Below, in pieces: positions 29,138-36,801 of a DNA stretch of 64,000 nt (position 1 is its first letter; the number at the start of each line of letters is the position of its first letter). The position numbers and the translations under genes were made by a program. The notes under the pieces are model-generated. The model was not told the DNA's origin. It did no database searches and saw only the letters and a list, made by a program, of their open reading frames with translations. The stretch comes from an uncultured Bacteroidota bacterium (GTDB lineage: Bacteria > Bacteroidota > Bacteroidia > Bacteroidales > VadinHA17). The stretch spans positions 7,322 through 71,321 of the forward strand of contig CALMJY010000172.1 of the NCBI GenBank assembly GCA_937864815.1, in the 5' to 3' direction.

Positions 29138-30322
29138 TTATATATACTCAAAAGTGACCTTTTTAAGCCATTTTTCTTCCAGTAAACGGGCTATCCTTTT
29201 TACGACTGTTCTTCTGATCTCCAGTTCAACAGGCAGGTTAGGGTCCTGGTGTGCGATATTTATTCTGGTACCTATAATGAAATGAATTTCGTCGCTCTCC
29301 ATGAACATCTTTACAATTTTATCAGCTGGCCCCCTCCCGAGTCTGACGCTGTTATTGAAAGTTTTAAGAAGTTCGTTAACCTTTTGCAGCGTCAGGATTC
29401 CTTCTGTCACCAGGTCAATTCCTTCAAGGAAGCTTTCGGGTGGCAGTTCGGGATCTTCAAATATAAGTTCATCAACAATTTTCCGGTTTAGCTCTCTGGC
29501 AACAATGTCTGCTGTTGTTCCGCCGCAAAGGATAACCTTACCATTATAACCGGTTACCCTGGCAGCCAGCTCCCTGTCCTTTTCCTTGTCGAAAGGAGGT
29601 CCGGTACATAAAAGCAGTTTTCTTGGTTCACGGAAATAAATTGTCGCACAGCTTATATCATCCCTGGCTTTGTAATTATCATTCTTATGAGCCATGGTCA
29701 CTATCTTACCTGAAAGCATGCTTGCCGAAATTGAAGACTCACTGGCTACAAGCCTGGCTGCATATGTTTCAATATTTTCTCTTTCCCAGCCGAAAGGAAA
29801 TTCCTCACTTCCCATCCCGCTCTGGGAGACTCCGTCGGAGCAGAATATTATCCTGTCTTCCTTTTCCGGTAAAAAGGTGCAGGTTTTAAGTACTTTACCG
29901 GCATGTTTACCCTTTTCAAGGACTACCTTTTCCCAGGCAGGCTCAAATACTGTTTTTCCCCTGAGAATAATTGATGAAGGATTATCATACTCCAGGATTG
30001 TTGCCTTTCCGCTGCTTTCAATATCAACTATGGTGAACGTGGAGTAGCTTATTTTTCTCTCGCTGCAGACAGGCAGGGTATTCATTATGATTTCAGCAAT
30101 CCTTTCAACCTGTTTGTGTTCGCGGGTAAAATTTATAGCCATTGTTGAAGTGAGTGTGGCAAGGATGTTTGCTTTTACTCCATGACCCATGCCATCTGAC
30201 AATACAGCGACCACCCTGTCTTCCTCCTTTATATACCTGTATAGGAACACATCTCCGCAGATCCTTTCCCCGTCATGGTTTCTCTGCTGACTGTTTATCT
30301 CTATGAAAAAATCGCGGTTCAC
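29138..30322 (-). CDS. SpoIIE/PP2C-type protein phosphatase with an uncharacterised ~160-aa C-terminal domain
   Basis: 394 aa. Motifs CGDVF, SDGMGHG, CSDGVSQ and DDISCATIYF. It lies 8 nt downstream of the HydS-like gene. Confidence 0.8.
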   Translation of the reverse strand: MNRDFFIEINSQQRNHDGERICGDVFLYRYIKEEDRVVAVLSDGMGHGVKANILATLTSTMAINFTREHKQVERIAEIIMNTLPVCSERKISYSTFTIVDIESSGKATILEYDNPSSIILRGKTVFEPAWEKVVLEKGKHAGKVLKTCTFLPEKEDRIIFCSDGVSQSGMGSEEFPFGWERENIETYAARLVASESSISASMLSGKIVTMAHKNDNYKARDDISCATIYFREPRKLLLCTGPPFDKEKDRELAARVTGYNGKVILCGGTTADIVARELNRKIVDELIFEDPELPPESFLEGIDLVTEGILTLQKVNELLKTFNNSVRLGRGPADKIVKMFMESDEIHFIIGTRINIAHQDPNLPVELEIRRTVVKRIARLLEEKWLKKVTFEYI

Positions 30323-30330
30323 ACTTATTT

Positions 30331-32211
30331 TCAGGTTTTTTTTGGTCTGACCTTCCTGGTTTTGTACGATTCAATGATCGAGTTCAGCATCTGTTCTGTT
30401 TCTGAAGCTCCTTCTCCCAGAAGGAATCCTATCTTCTGAACCATTTCAAGGTTCTTCTCGATAACCTCGCTTACCCTGTTGGTCACCTCCTCTCCCTGCA
30501 CTTCAGGGGAGAAGATGTCACGGATAATGGCACCGCATATTTTGTTTTTTCTGATAGGAAAGATTGAGATATTCAGTACCCTGTCCTCGAAATGAACATC
30601 CTTGCTTACAACCGGCTCATCCTCCTTTAATACAAAAGAGAACATGTTGTATACATTGAACGGGATAAGAGTCTTGAGGTCAGCACCGGCAAGACCTGGT
30701 ATTATGTCTGCAATTGCCTTTGCGTCTTCACCAATGGTGTTTATAAAACTCTGGTTTGAATGAAGTATTTTGAGACTGCTGTCAACAATGACCACTCCGG
30801 TAGGAAGCTTTTCAAGCATGTTATTCATCATGTCGGAGGCACTCTGGGCCATATCTTTTTCTTTCCTGGCCATCTCTTCCGATTCTTTAAGTGCTTTTTT
30901 GGTTTCAGCAAGCTTTTTATTGGTCTGTCGCAGCGATTCGATATACTCCTGCTTATTCCTTAGATTGAAAGTATGACACATCTCAGGTATGGCCAGACCT
31001 TTTGCCACTGTTGCCGCAAACTCACGGCATGAAAGATATCCGCAGGCTCCGCAGTTAACCTCATCATCAGGATTATCCTTTCCCACGATCTTAAGCACCT
31101 CCTGTATAGCCTCTTCCGGTGGATCGGGAATACGATGATCATCGTTCTTAAAGCTTCTTGTAAAGTCCAGCTTTGACCATTTGTCGATATCCTTCTGCCA
31201 TCTGGCTTTGTCAATTGCAGCTGATCTCTTTTCGGCATATTTTCTTACAAGGGCTCTTCTTTTGAACCTCTCTGTATGCAACTGCATTGCAGGTCCGAGA
31301 AGACAACCATGGCAGAAAAAGAGGTTGAAGTGATGCTTAATTGTATCTATGTATTTGTCGAAATCATTTACTGCTTCGAGAATATCTTCCTTCCCTGCGG
31401 CGGTGATCACACTGCTGGAAACCATATCGCGTTTTATCCCGCCTGCCTGTATTATTCCCGGTGGCAGCGGATATAATGCTCCCCAGTTACCATGCGGAGG
31501 ATCGAAATCGGAGAGTTTAACCAGTCTTTCCTGTATCTTGAACTCATCAAAGAGCTGCCTTAACTCCACAAATGTAAGTACACATTCAATAAGTTTGCCA
31601 TCATTATACTGAAGCACCTCATCCTTGGCGTCTATACATGGACCTATCTGTACTGAGGCAACCTCCGGTCCGTAAAGCTCCTTCACAACCATTGCAGTGG
31701 CAATCATTGGCGACACCAGGGGAGCAAGGTTGGGTATCATCTCGGGATGGAATTTTTCAATGAGCTTTACGATTGCAGGGCAATTGGCTGTAATCATATA
31801 TTTCCCCTCAGCTTTTGAGAACAGCATTGCATATTCCCTGGCAATGAGATCTACACCAAAGGAAACCTCATGAACATAGTCGAAGCCAAGCGATCTTATC
31901 ATGGCTACAAACTTCCTGTAATCAGTAATATCATCAAATTCAGAAGCTATGCTGGGTTCAATCAGGGCGGCTGTCTTTCTTCCCGATGAAAGCAAAGCCC
32001 TGACCTCTGTTTTCGAATCACGGAATTCAATTGCATGAGGAGAACATGATACGTAGCAGAGTCCGCAACCAATACAACGCCCGGGAATAATATACGGATG
32101 TGCCCGTTGTGGCTTAACTTCTATTGCATTTACAGGGCAGACACGTACACAGGAATAAGAATTTCTGCACTTTGCATCATTGATATATAGAACAGGCTTC
32201 CGTTCTGTCAT
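30331..32211 (-). CDS. hydS: HydS-like putative sensory [FeFe]-hydrogenase (2x[4Fe-4S] + H-cluster domain + CGACGYxxC Fe-S motif + PAS-like C-terminus)
   Basis: 626 aa. CIGCGLCYVSCSP. H-domain motifs TANCP / GPCIDAKDE / FFCHGCLLG. VNCGACGYLSCREFA...EMC. The C-terminal LPTGVVIVDSSLKILHSNQSF is PAS-like. Confidence 0.8.
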   Translation of the reverse strand: MTERKPVLYINDAKCRNSYSCVRVCPVNAIEVKPQRAHPYIIPGRCIGCGLCYVSCSPHAIEFRDSKTEVRALLSSGRKTAALIEPSIASEFDDITDYRKFVAMIRSLGFDYVHEVSFGVDLIAREYAMLFSKAEGKYMITANCPAIVKLIEKFHPEMIPNLAPLVSPMIATAMVVKELYGPEVASVQIGPCIDAKDEVLQYNDGKLIECVLTFVELRQLFDEFKIQERLVKLSDFDPPHGNWGALYPLPPGIIQAGGIKRDMVSSSVITAAGKEDILEAVNDFDKYIDTIKHHFNLFFCHGCLLGPAMQLHTERFKRRALVRKYAEKRSAAIDKARWQKDIDKWSKLDFTRSFKNDDHRIPDPPEEAIQEVLKIVGKDNPDDEVNCGACGYLSCREFAATVAKGLAIPEMCHTFNLRNKQEYIESLRQTNKKLAETKKALKESEEMARKEKDMAQSASDMMNNMLEKLPTGVVIVDSSLKILHSNQSFINTIGEDAKAIADIIPGLAGADLKTLIPFNVYNMFSFVLKEDEPVVSKDVHFEDRVLNISIFPIRKNKICGAIIRDIFSPEVQGEEVTNRVSEVIEKNLEMVQKIGFLLGEGASETEQMLNSIIESYKTRKVRPKKT

Positions 32212-32228
32212 ATGCTTTATTTTCAGAT

Positions 32229-32483
32229 TTATAATAATCCGGAAAGCTCTTTTTCAAGAATGCTTTCAATTCTGGAAATTGTAACTCCTTCTATAGTAAC
32301 GCCGTTGATATTAAGGTTGGGTCCATTACTGCAAAGGCCCATGCATCTTGCTCCTCTGAAGATAACTTTATCATCAAGGTGATTCTTCCTGAGATACTCC
32401 CTGATAAAGTTGACTACATCCTTGTTACCTCTTGAGAAACAGGAACTACCAAGGCATATCTGCATCTCGATCCTTATTGCCAT
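32229..32483 (-). CDS. Thioredoxin-like [2Fe-2S] ferredoxin
   Basis: Start at the ATG at 32483 (MAIRIEMQICLGSSC...). C-x4-C ... C-x3-C pattern (CLGSSC ... CMGLC). Confidence 0.7.
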   Translation of the reverse strand: MAIRIEMQICLGSSCFSRGNKDVVNFIREYLRKNHLDDKVIFRGARCMGLCSNGPNLNINGVTIEGVTISRIESILEKELSGLL

Positions 32484-32509
32484 TTTCTGTTCAGAAATAA
32501 ACAACAAAT

Positions 32510-32517
32510 CAAAAGTA
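32510..32517 (-). promoter_or_regulatory. Candidate -7 box TACTTTTG for the minus-strand fdx-hydS-PP2C operon
   Basis: The reverse complement of caaaagta matches TAnnTTTG, 26 nt upstream of the ATG at 32483. Confidence 0.4.
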
Positions 32518-32556
32518 ATAAAAAATTACACCTGATAATATTTTTATTAAATTTTA

Positions 32557-32591
32557 TTGTTAATAAAATAACATTGTTTATTTTGTAACAA
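32557..32591. promoter_or_regulatory. Two adjacent Rex-operator-like 18-mers (TTGTTAATAAAATAACAT and TTGTTTATTTTGTAACAA)
   Basis: Both keep TTGT-N10-ACA(A/T) spacing, with G at position 3 and C at position 16, as in the generic Rex box TTGTGAAnnnnTTCACAA. They sit in the divergent promoter region, and a rex gene lies in the same cluster. Confidence 0.45.
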
Positions 32592-32601
32592 TAAAATATT
32601 T

Positions 32602-32609
32602 TATCTTTG
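32602..32609 (+). promoter_or_regulatory. Candidate -7 box TATCTTTG for the hydCBA-hydS/HK operon
   Basis: Matches TAnnTTTG, 26 nt upstream of the ATG at 32636. TTTG at 32582-32585 is a possible -33 element. Confidence 0.45.
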
Positions 32610-32635
32610 TGAGTGTTCAGATGCCTTAAACAGGA

Positions 32636-33109
32636 ATGATGGGAACAGATTTTGACACAATCCTGAAGAAGTATAAACAGGGAAAAAGGGAAGACCTGAT
32701 TCCTATGCTTCAGGAAATACAGGAACATACAGGTTACCTTTCAGAGGAGGCAATTGTAAAGGTTGGAAGCTACCTGGGACTCAGCACTACCAAAATTTAC
32801 GGACTGGCAACATTTTATGACAGGTTCAGGTTTTTTCCTGCAGGAAAGATCCGGATATTTGTTTGTAATGGTACATCCTGCTATCTTAACGGCTCACAGT
32901 CAATTATCAACAAGATTAAGGAGGAAGTAGGGGTTCAGCCCGGCTACACAACAAGGGACGGTAATTTCAGCTATGAAGTAGTATCATGCATGGGTGGTTG
33001 TCATAACGGCCCTGTAGTAAGTATGAACGGAGAGTACCATACCCATGTAAAAGCCTCACAGCTACCCGAGCTGCTTAAGAAACTGAAATACATTATTGAG
33101 AACGATTAA
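32636..33109 (+). CDS. hydC: NuoE-like [2Fe-2S] subunit of NAD(P)H-dependent [FeFe]-hydrogenase
   Basis: 157 aa. CNGTSC ... CMGGCHNGP is the thioredoxin-like 2Fe-2S pattern. The protein shows NuoE/HndA-type similarity throughout. Confidence 0.85.
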   Translation: MMGTDFDTILKKYKQGKREDLIPMLQEIQEHTGYLSEEAIVKVGSYLGLSTTKIYGLATFYDRFRFFPAGKIRIFVCNGTSCYLNGSQSIINKIKEEVGVQPGYTTRDGNFSYEVVSCMGGCHNGPVVSMNGEYHTHVKASQLPELLKKLKYIIEND

Positions 33110-33127
33110 GTCAAGTAAGTTCCGCAG

Positions 33128-35062
33128 ATGGAAGATATTAAGACATTCCTGGTAAATAAGGTTCTGCTTTTTGAATCGGATACACTGCCGCCTGAAACAG
33201 AAAAAAAACTGCAGCAGGTAAGACGGGAAAAACCTGATAATCCTGTTATTTATATTTCGTCTGGTACAAGCAGTATTATTGCCGGTTCGGAAAAGACCTG
33301 TGCTGCAATAAAAGAACATATTGACGAAAATGGACTTGCAGCCGACTTTGTGAAAGTGGGCTGTACCGGTCCTGCAAATTTTGAACCACTGGTATGCATT
33401 CACCTGCCGGGTAAAAACAAACTCTTTTTCAGGAATATAACTGAGGAGAAAGTTGAACCGCTGCTTAACGGGGTGTTTCATAATGATTTAAGTGAAGAGG
33501 ATATTGCCGGCCAGGCAGGAACCAGGGGATTTGAACTCTGGCCCGGTATTCCATTTATGGATGAACTTCCTTTCTTTGTAAACCAGAAGAGGATAATACT
33601 TGGAAACTGCGGATGTTATGATCCCGAAAGCATTGAGGAATACATTGCAAGGGGAGGATACAGGGCATATGCAAAAGCTATTCGTCATTACACCTTCGAG
33701 GAGGTTTGTGACATAGTTGAAAGAAGCGGGCTGCGGGGAAGGAGCGGAGGCGGATATCTCACAGGATTAAAATGGAAGCATGCCCTGAATACCTCAGCTA
33801 ATGCCAGGTATCTTATCTGTAATGCCAAGGAGAGCGACCCCGGGGCATTTACCGACAGAACGATCCTCGAAAGTGATCCGCACAGACTGCTGGAGGGTAT
33901 AGCCATAGCCTCTTATGCGATCGGAGCTGCAAACGCAATAATATTTATGAGGTCAGGATCTGATCATGCAAAAAGCAGGCTTCAGAATGCAATTGACCGT
34001 GCAAGGGAATATGGACTTTTCGGACACAATATCTTCTCCAGCGGATACAATCTTGACATAGTGATCAGGATCGAACCAGGGGCTTTCGTGTGCGGTGAGG
34101 AGACGGCACTTATCAATACTCTTGAAGGAAAAAGGGGTATGCCCAGGCTGAAACCTCCATATCCGACAAGTTCCGGTCTCTTTGGAAAACCAACAGTTAT
34201 CAATAATGTTGAGACACTGATGAATGTTCCTGTGATTATGCAGAACGGCCCCGAATGGTTCCGCAGTATAGGTACGGAAAATAGTCCTGGGACGAAGGTA
34301 TTTGCCATTGCAGGGAAAGGCCGCATGTCGGGAGTTGTTGAAGTCGAAATGGGAACATCAGTCCGGAAAATCATTGATGAAATTGCAGACGGTATTCGCG
34401 AAAGCAGGGAATTCAAAGCTGTTCAGCTCGGAGGAGCATCCGGATCCTTCCTGACAAAGGAAAACCTCGATGTTAAAATTGATTATGAGGCTCTGAGAGA
34501 AAAAGGTATAGGTATGGGAGCCGGTGGCTTTGTAATCATTGACGAGAATACCTGCATGGTTGATCTTGTGAGATATTACATGGAGTTTATCAGGAACGAG
34601 AGTTGTGGCAAGTGCATCCCATGCAGGGAAGGAACCGGAAGAATGCTCGAGATACTCGACGGCGTAATCAGAAAACCGCAGAATGAAGAATCAGGTACTA
34701 CCCTCGAAAGGTTTAAGGGAGTCATGCAGCTTGAAACAATAGCTTCAGTAATGCGTGATGCATCCCTTTGCGGTCTTGGACAGACAGCTCCAAATCCGTT
34801 TATCAGCGCTCTCAGCAACTTCAGGGATGAATTCGAGGAGCATATTTTCGACAGGAAATGCCAGGCTAACATATGCCGCGGACTGAGATCATTTTCAATT
34901 GATGTCGACAAATGTACCGGTTGTACGGCCTGTGCTGCCAAATGTCCTGTTAATGCAATTTATGGCACAAGGTTGCAGCCATTCTTTATTGTCGAGGAAA
35001 AATGCATAGGATGCGGTGTATGCTATGACATATGTAAATTCAGTGCAATTAACGTCAAATAG
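33128..35062 (+). CDS. hydB: NuoF-like FMN/NAD(H)-binding Fe-S subunit of [FeFe]-hydrogenase
   Basis: 644 aa. GRSGGGYLTGLKW, ESDPGAF, ESCGKCIPCREG and two C-terminal CxxCxxCxxxCP ferredoxin motifs. Confidence 0.9.
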   Translation: MEDIKTFLVNKVLLFESDTLPPETEKKLQQVRREKPDNPVIYISSGTSSIIAGSEKTCAAIKEHIDENGLAADFVKVGCTGPANFEPLVCIHLPGKNKLFFRNITEEKVEPLLNGVFHNDLSEEDIAGQAGTRGFELWPGIPFMDELPFFVNQKRIILGNCGCYDPESIEEYIARGGYRAYAKAIRHYTFEEVCDIVERSGLRGRSGGGYLTGLKWKHALNTSANARYLICNAKESDPGAFTDRTILESDPHRLLEGIAIASYAIGAANAIIFMRSGSDHAKSRLQNAIDRAREYGLFGHNIFSSGYNLDIVIRIEPGAFVCGEETALINTLEGKRGMPRLKPPYPTSSGLFGKPTVINNVETLMNVPVIMQNGPEWFRSIGTENSPGTKVFAIAGKGRMSGVVEVEMGTSVRKIIDEIADGIRESREFKAVQLGGASGSFLTKENLDVKIDYEALREKGIGMGAGGFVIIDENTCMVDLVRYYMEFIRNESCGKCIPCREGTGRMLEILDGVIRKPQNEESGTTLERFKGVMQLETIASVMRDASLCGLGQTAPNPFISALSNFRDEFEEHIFDRKCQANICRGLRSFSIDVDKCTGCTACAAKCPVNAIYGTRLQPFFIVEEKCIGCGVCYDICKFSAINVK

Positions 35063-35067
35063 CTATT

Positions 35068-36789
35068 ATGCTTTTTACCATACAGGTTAACAATAAAAAG
35101 ATAAAGGCAGAAAAGGGGGAAACAATACTCTCTGCCCTGAACAAGAACGGAATCATGATTCCGACTCTTTGCAGGATGAAAGATTTTACCCCTACGGGTG
35201 CATGCAGGATGTGCGTTGTTGAGGTGGAGGGTCGCGACAGGCTGGTTACCGCCTGTTCTCAGCCTGTTGAGGAGTGGATGAAGATCCATACTCATTCTCC
35301 CAGAGTGATTCAGGCTAGGAAAACCACAGTTGAACTGCTTCTTTCGAACCATCCTGACGATTGCCTCTATTGTGAACGCAATCTGAGTTGCGAACTTCAG
35401 AATCTTTCTGATGAGCTTAATATCCGGGAGCGACGAATCAGGGGCAAGAAGATAAAACCCCGCCTTGACCAGTCAAGTCCTGCCATTGTACGCGAGCTTT
35501 CAAAATGTATATTATGCGGCCGATGTGTCAGGGTATGCGAGGAGGTGGTTACTGCAAATACACTGGATTTTATAAGGAGAGGGAGGAATACGCATATCGG
35601 AGCCTCCATGGACAGGGATTTCAACTTTTCGAGCTGTATTCACTGCGGACAGTGTCTTCAGGTATGTCCCACCGGAGCACTGCATGAGAAACATAATATA
35701 ACAGAGATCCAGGAATTCCTGCATAAACCTGATATTATTAAAGTTATACAATATTCACCACAGGTTACAGCAGGAATTGCCGAGGAGCTTGGTATCAGGT
35801 ACAACAGGGATACTGACAGGATATTGAATGCAATACTTCGTAAAATAGGATTTGACAAGGTTTTTACAACAGGTTCCGGAACTGACATTTGTATTAAAGA
35901 GGTTACTGACCAGTTGCAGGAAAAGCTTGAAAAGAAGATAAGTACACCTGTTTATATCTCAGCCTGCCCGGCCTGGGTAAAATACTGTGAGCAGTTCATG
36001 CCATCATATATCCCCATGCTTTCAACAGTTAAATCTCCGCAGCAGATAACCGGGGTCCTGATAAAAACACTCGTTGCAACACAGCATAAGGTAAAACCTG
36101 AAAATATCTATTCCGTTTCTGCCACTCCATGCCTGGCAATGAAATTTGAAGCCCGTCGCGATGGTATGATGAGAAAGGGAATAAGTGACGTTGATTCAGT
36201 ATTAACAGTGAGAGAGCTTTCCAGGCTGATAAGACTTTACGGTATTGATTCTTCCAATATAGAACCAGAACCTGCAGACGAACCATTGTCAGGACGAAGT
36301 TCATCCGCAGTCCTTGCTGAGGTCTCCGGAGGATTGACAGAAGCTATTCTGAGGTCGCTTCATTTTCAAATGATTAAAAAAGAGGCGGACAGGCAGTTAT
36401 TCAGAAAACTGAGATCACCCGGTGTATTCAGGGAGGTGACTATGTTGGTTGGTGATCTGGAGGTAAAGGCTGCAGTTGTTGACGGATTGACAGGTCTGGA
36501 AAAACTGAAATCTGCAGTTGCATCAGGTAAAAACTATGATCTGATAGAAGTAATGACCTGTCCCGGAGGATGCGTTCACGGTGCAGGTCTTCCTTTCAGC
36601 GCTTCAAAAGATGACCTGAAGAGCAGGGCAAAACTTATCTATCAGACTGACGATACCGAACCTGTAAACCTTCCATGCAAATCCCCATGTCTGATAAATA
36701 TGTACGAAAAGCTCCTGAAGGAGAATTCTGAGATATCCGACAGAAAAATTTTCCACACTCATTTCGAGAAACGGAATGTCTTACTCTGA
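35068..36789 (+). CDS. hydA: [FeFe]-hydrogenase large subunit, M3 architecture (2Fe-2S, His-ligated 4Fe-4S, 2x4Fe-4S, H-domain), atypical L1 motif
   Basis: 573 aa. HPDDCLYCERNLSC, CILCGRCVRVC and CIHCGQCLQVCP. H-domain motifs ISACPAW / TPCLAMKFE / EVMTCPGGCVHG. Confidence 0.85.
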   Translation: MLFTIQVNNKKIKAEKGETILSALNKNGIMIPTLCRMKDFTPTGACRMCVVEVEGRDRLVTACSQPVEEWMKIHTHSPRVIQARKTTVELLLSNHPDDCLYCERNLSCELQNLSDELNIRERRIRGKKIKPRLDQSSPAIVRELSKCILCGRCVRVCEEVVTANTLDFIRRGRNTHIGASMDRDFNFSSCIHCGQCLQVCPTGALHEKHNITEIQEFLHKPDIIKVIQYSPQVTAGIAEELGIRYNRDTDRILNAILRKIGFDKVFTTGSGTDICIKEVTDQLQEKLEKKISTPVYISACPAWVKYCEQFMPSYIPMLSTVKSPQQITGVLIKTLVATQHKVKPENIYSVSATPCLAMKFEARRDGMMRKGISDVDSVLTVRELSRLIRLYGIDSSNIEPEPADEPLSGRSSSAVLAEVSGGLTEAILRSLHFQMIKKEADRQLFRKLRSPGVFREVTMLVGDLEVKAAVVDGLTGLEKLKSAVASGKNYDLIEVMTCPGGCVHGAGLPFSASKDDLKSRAKLIYQTDDTEPVNLPCKSPCLINMYEKLLKENSEISDRKIFHTHFEKRNVLL

Positions 36790-36801
36790 AATAATTGATC
36801 T

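Noticed and set aside
33982-34416. Long antisense ORFs inside well-supported genes (this one, plus 34576-34941, 40093-40461, 25426-25791, 43636-44043, 37236-37532, 6237-6680 and others).
   Set aside because: Each is fully embedded opposite a CDS with strong family motifs. Their composition is typical of antisense frames, and there is no independent evidence for them.
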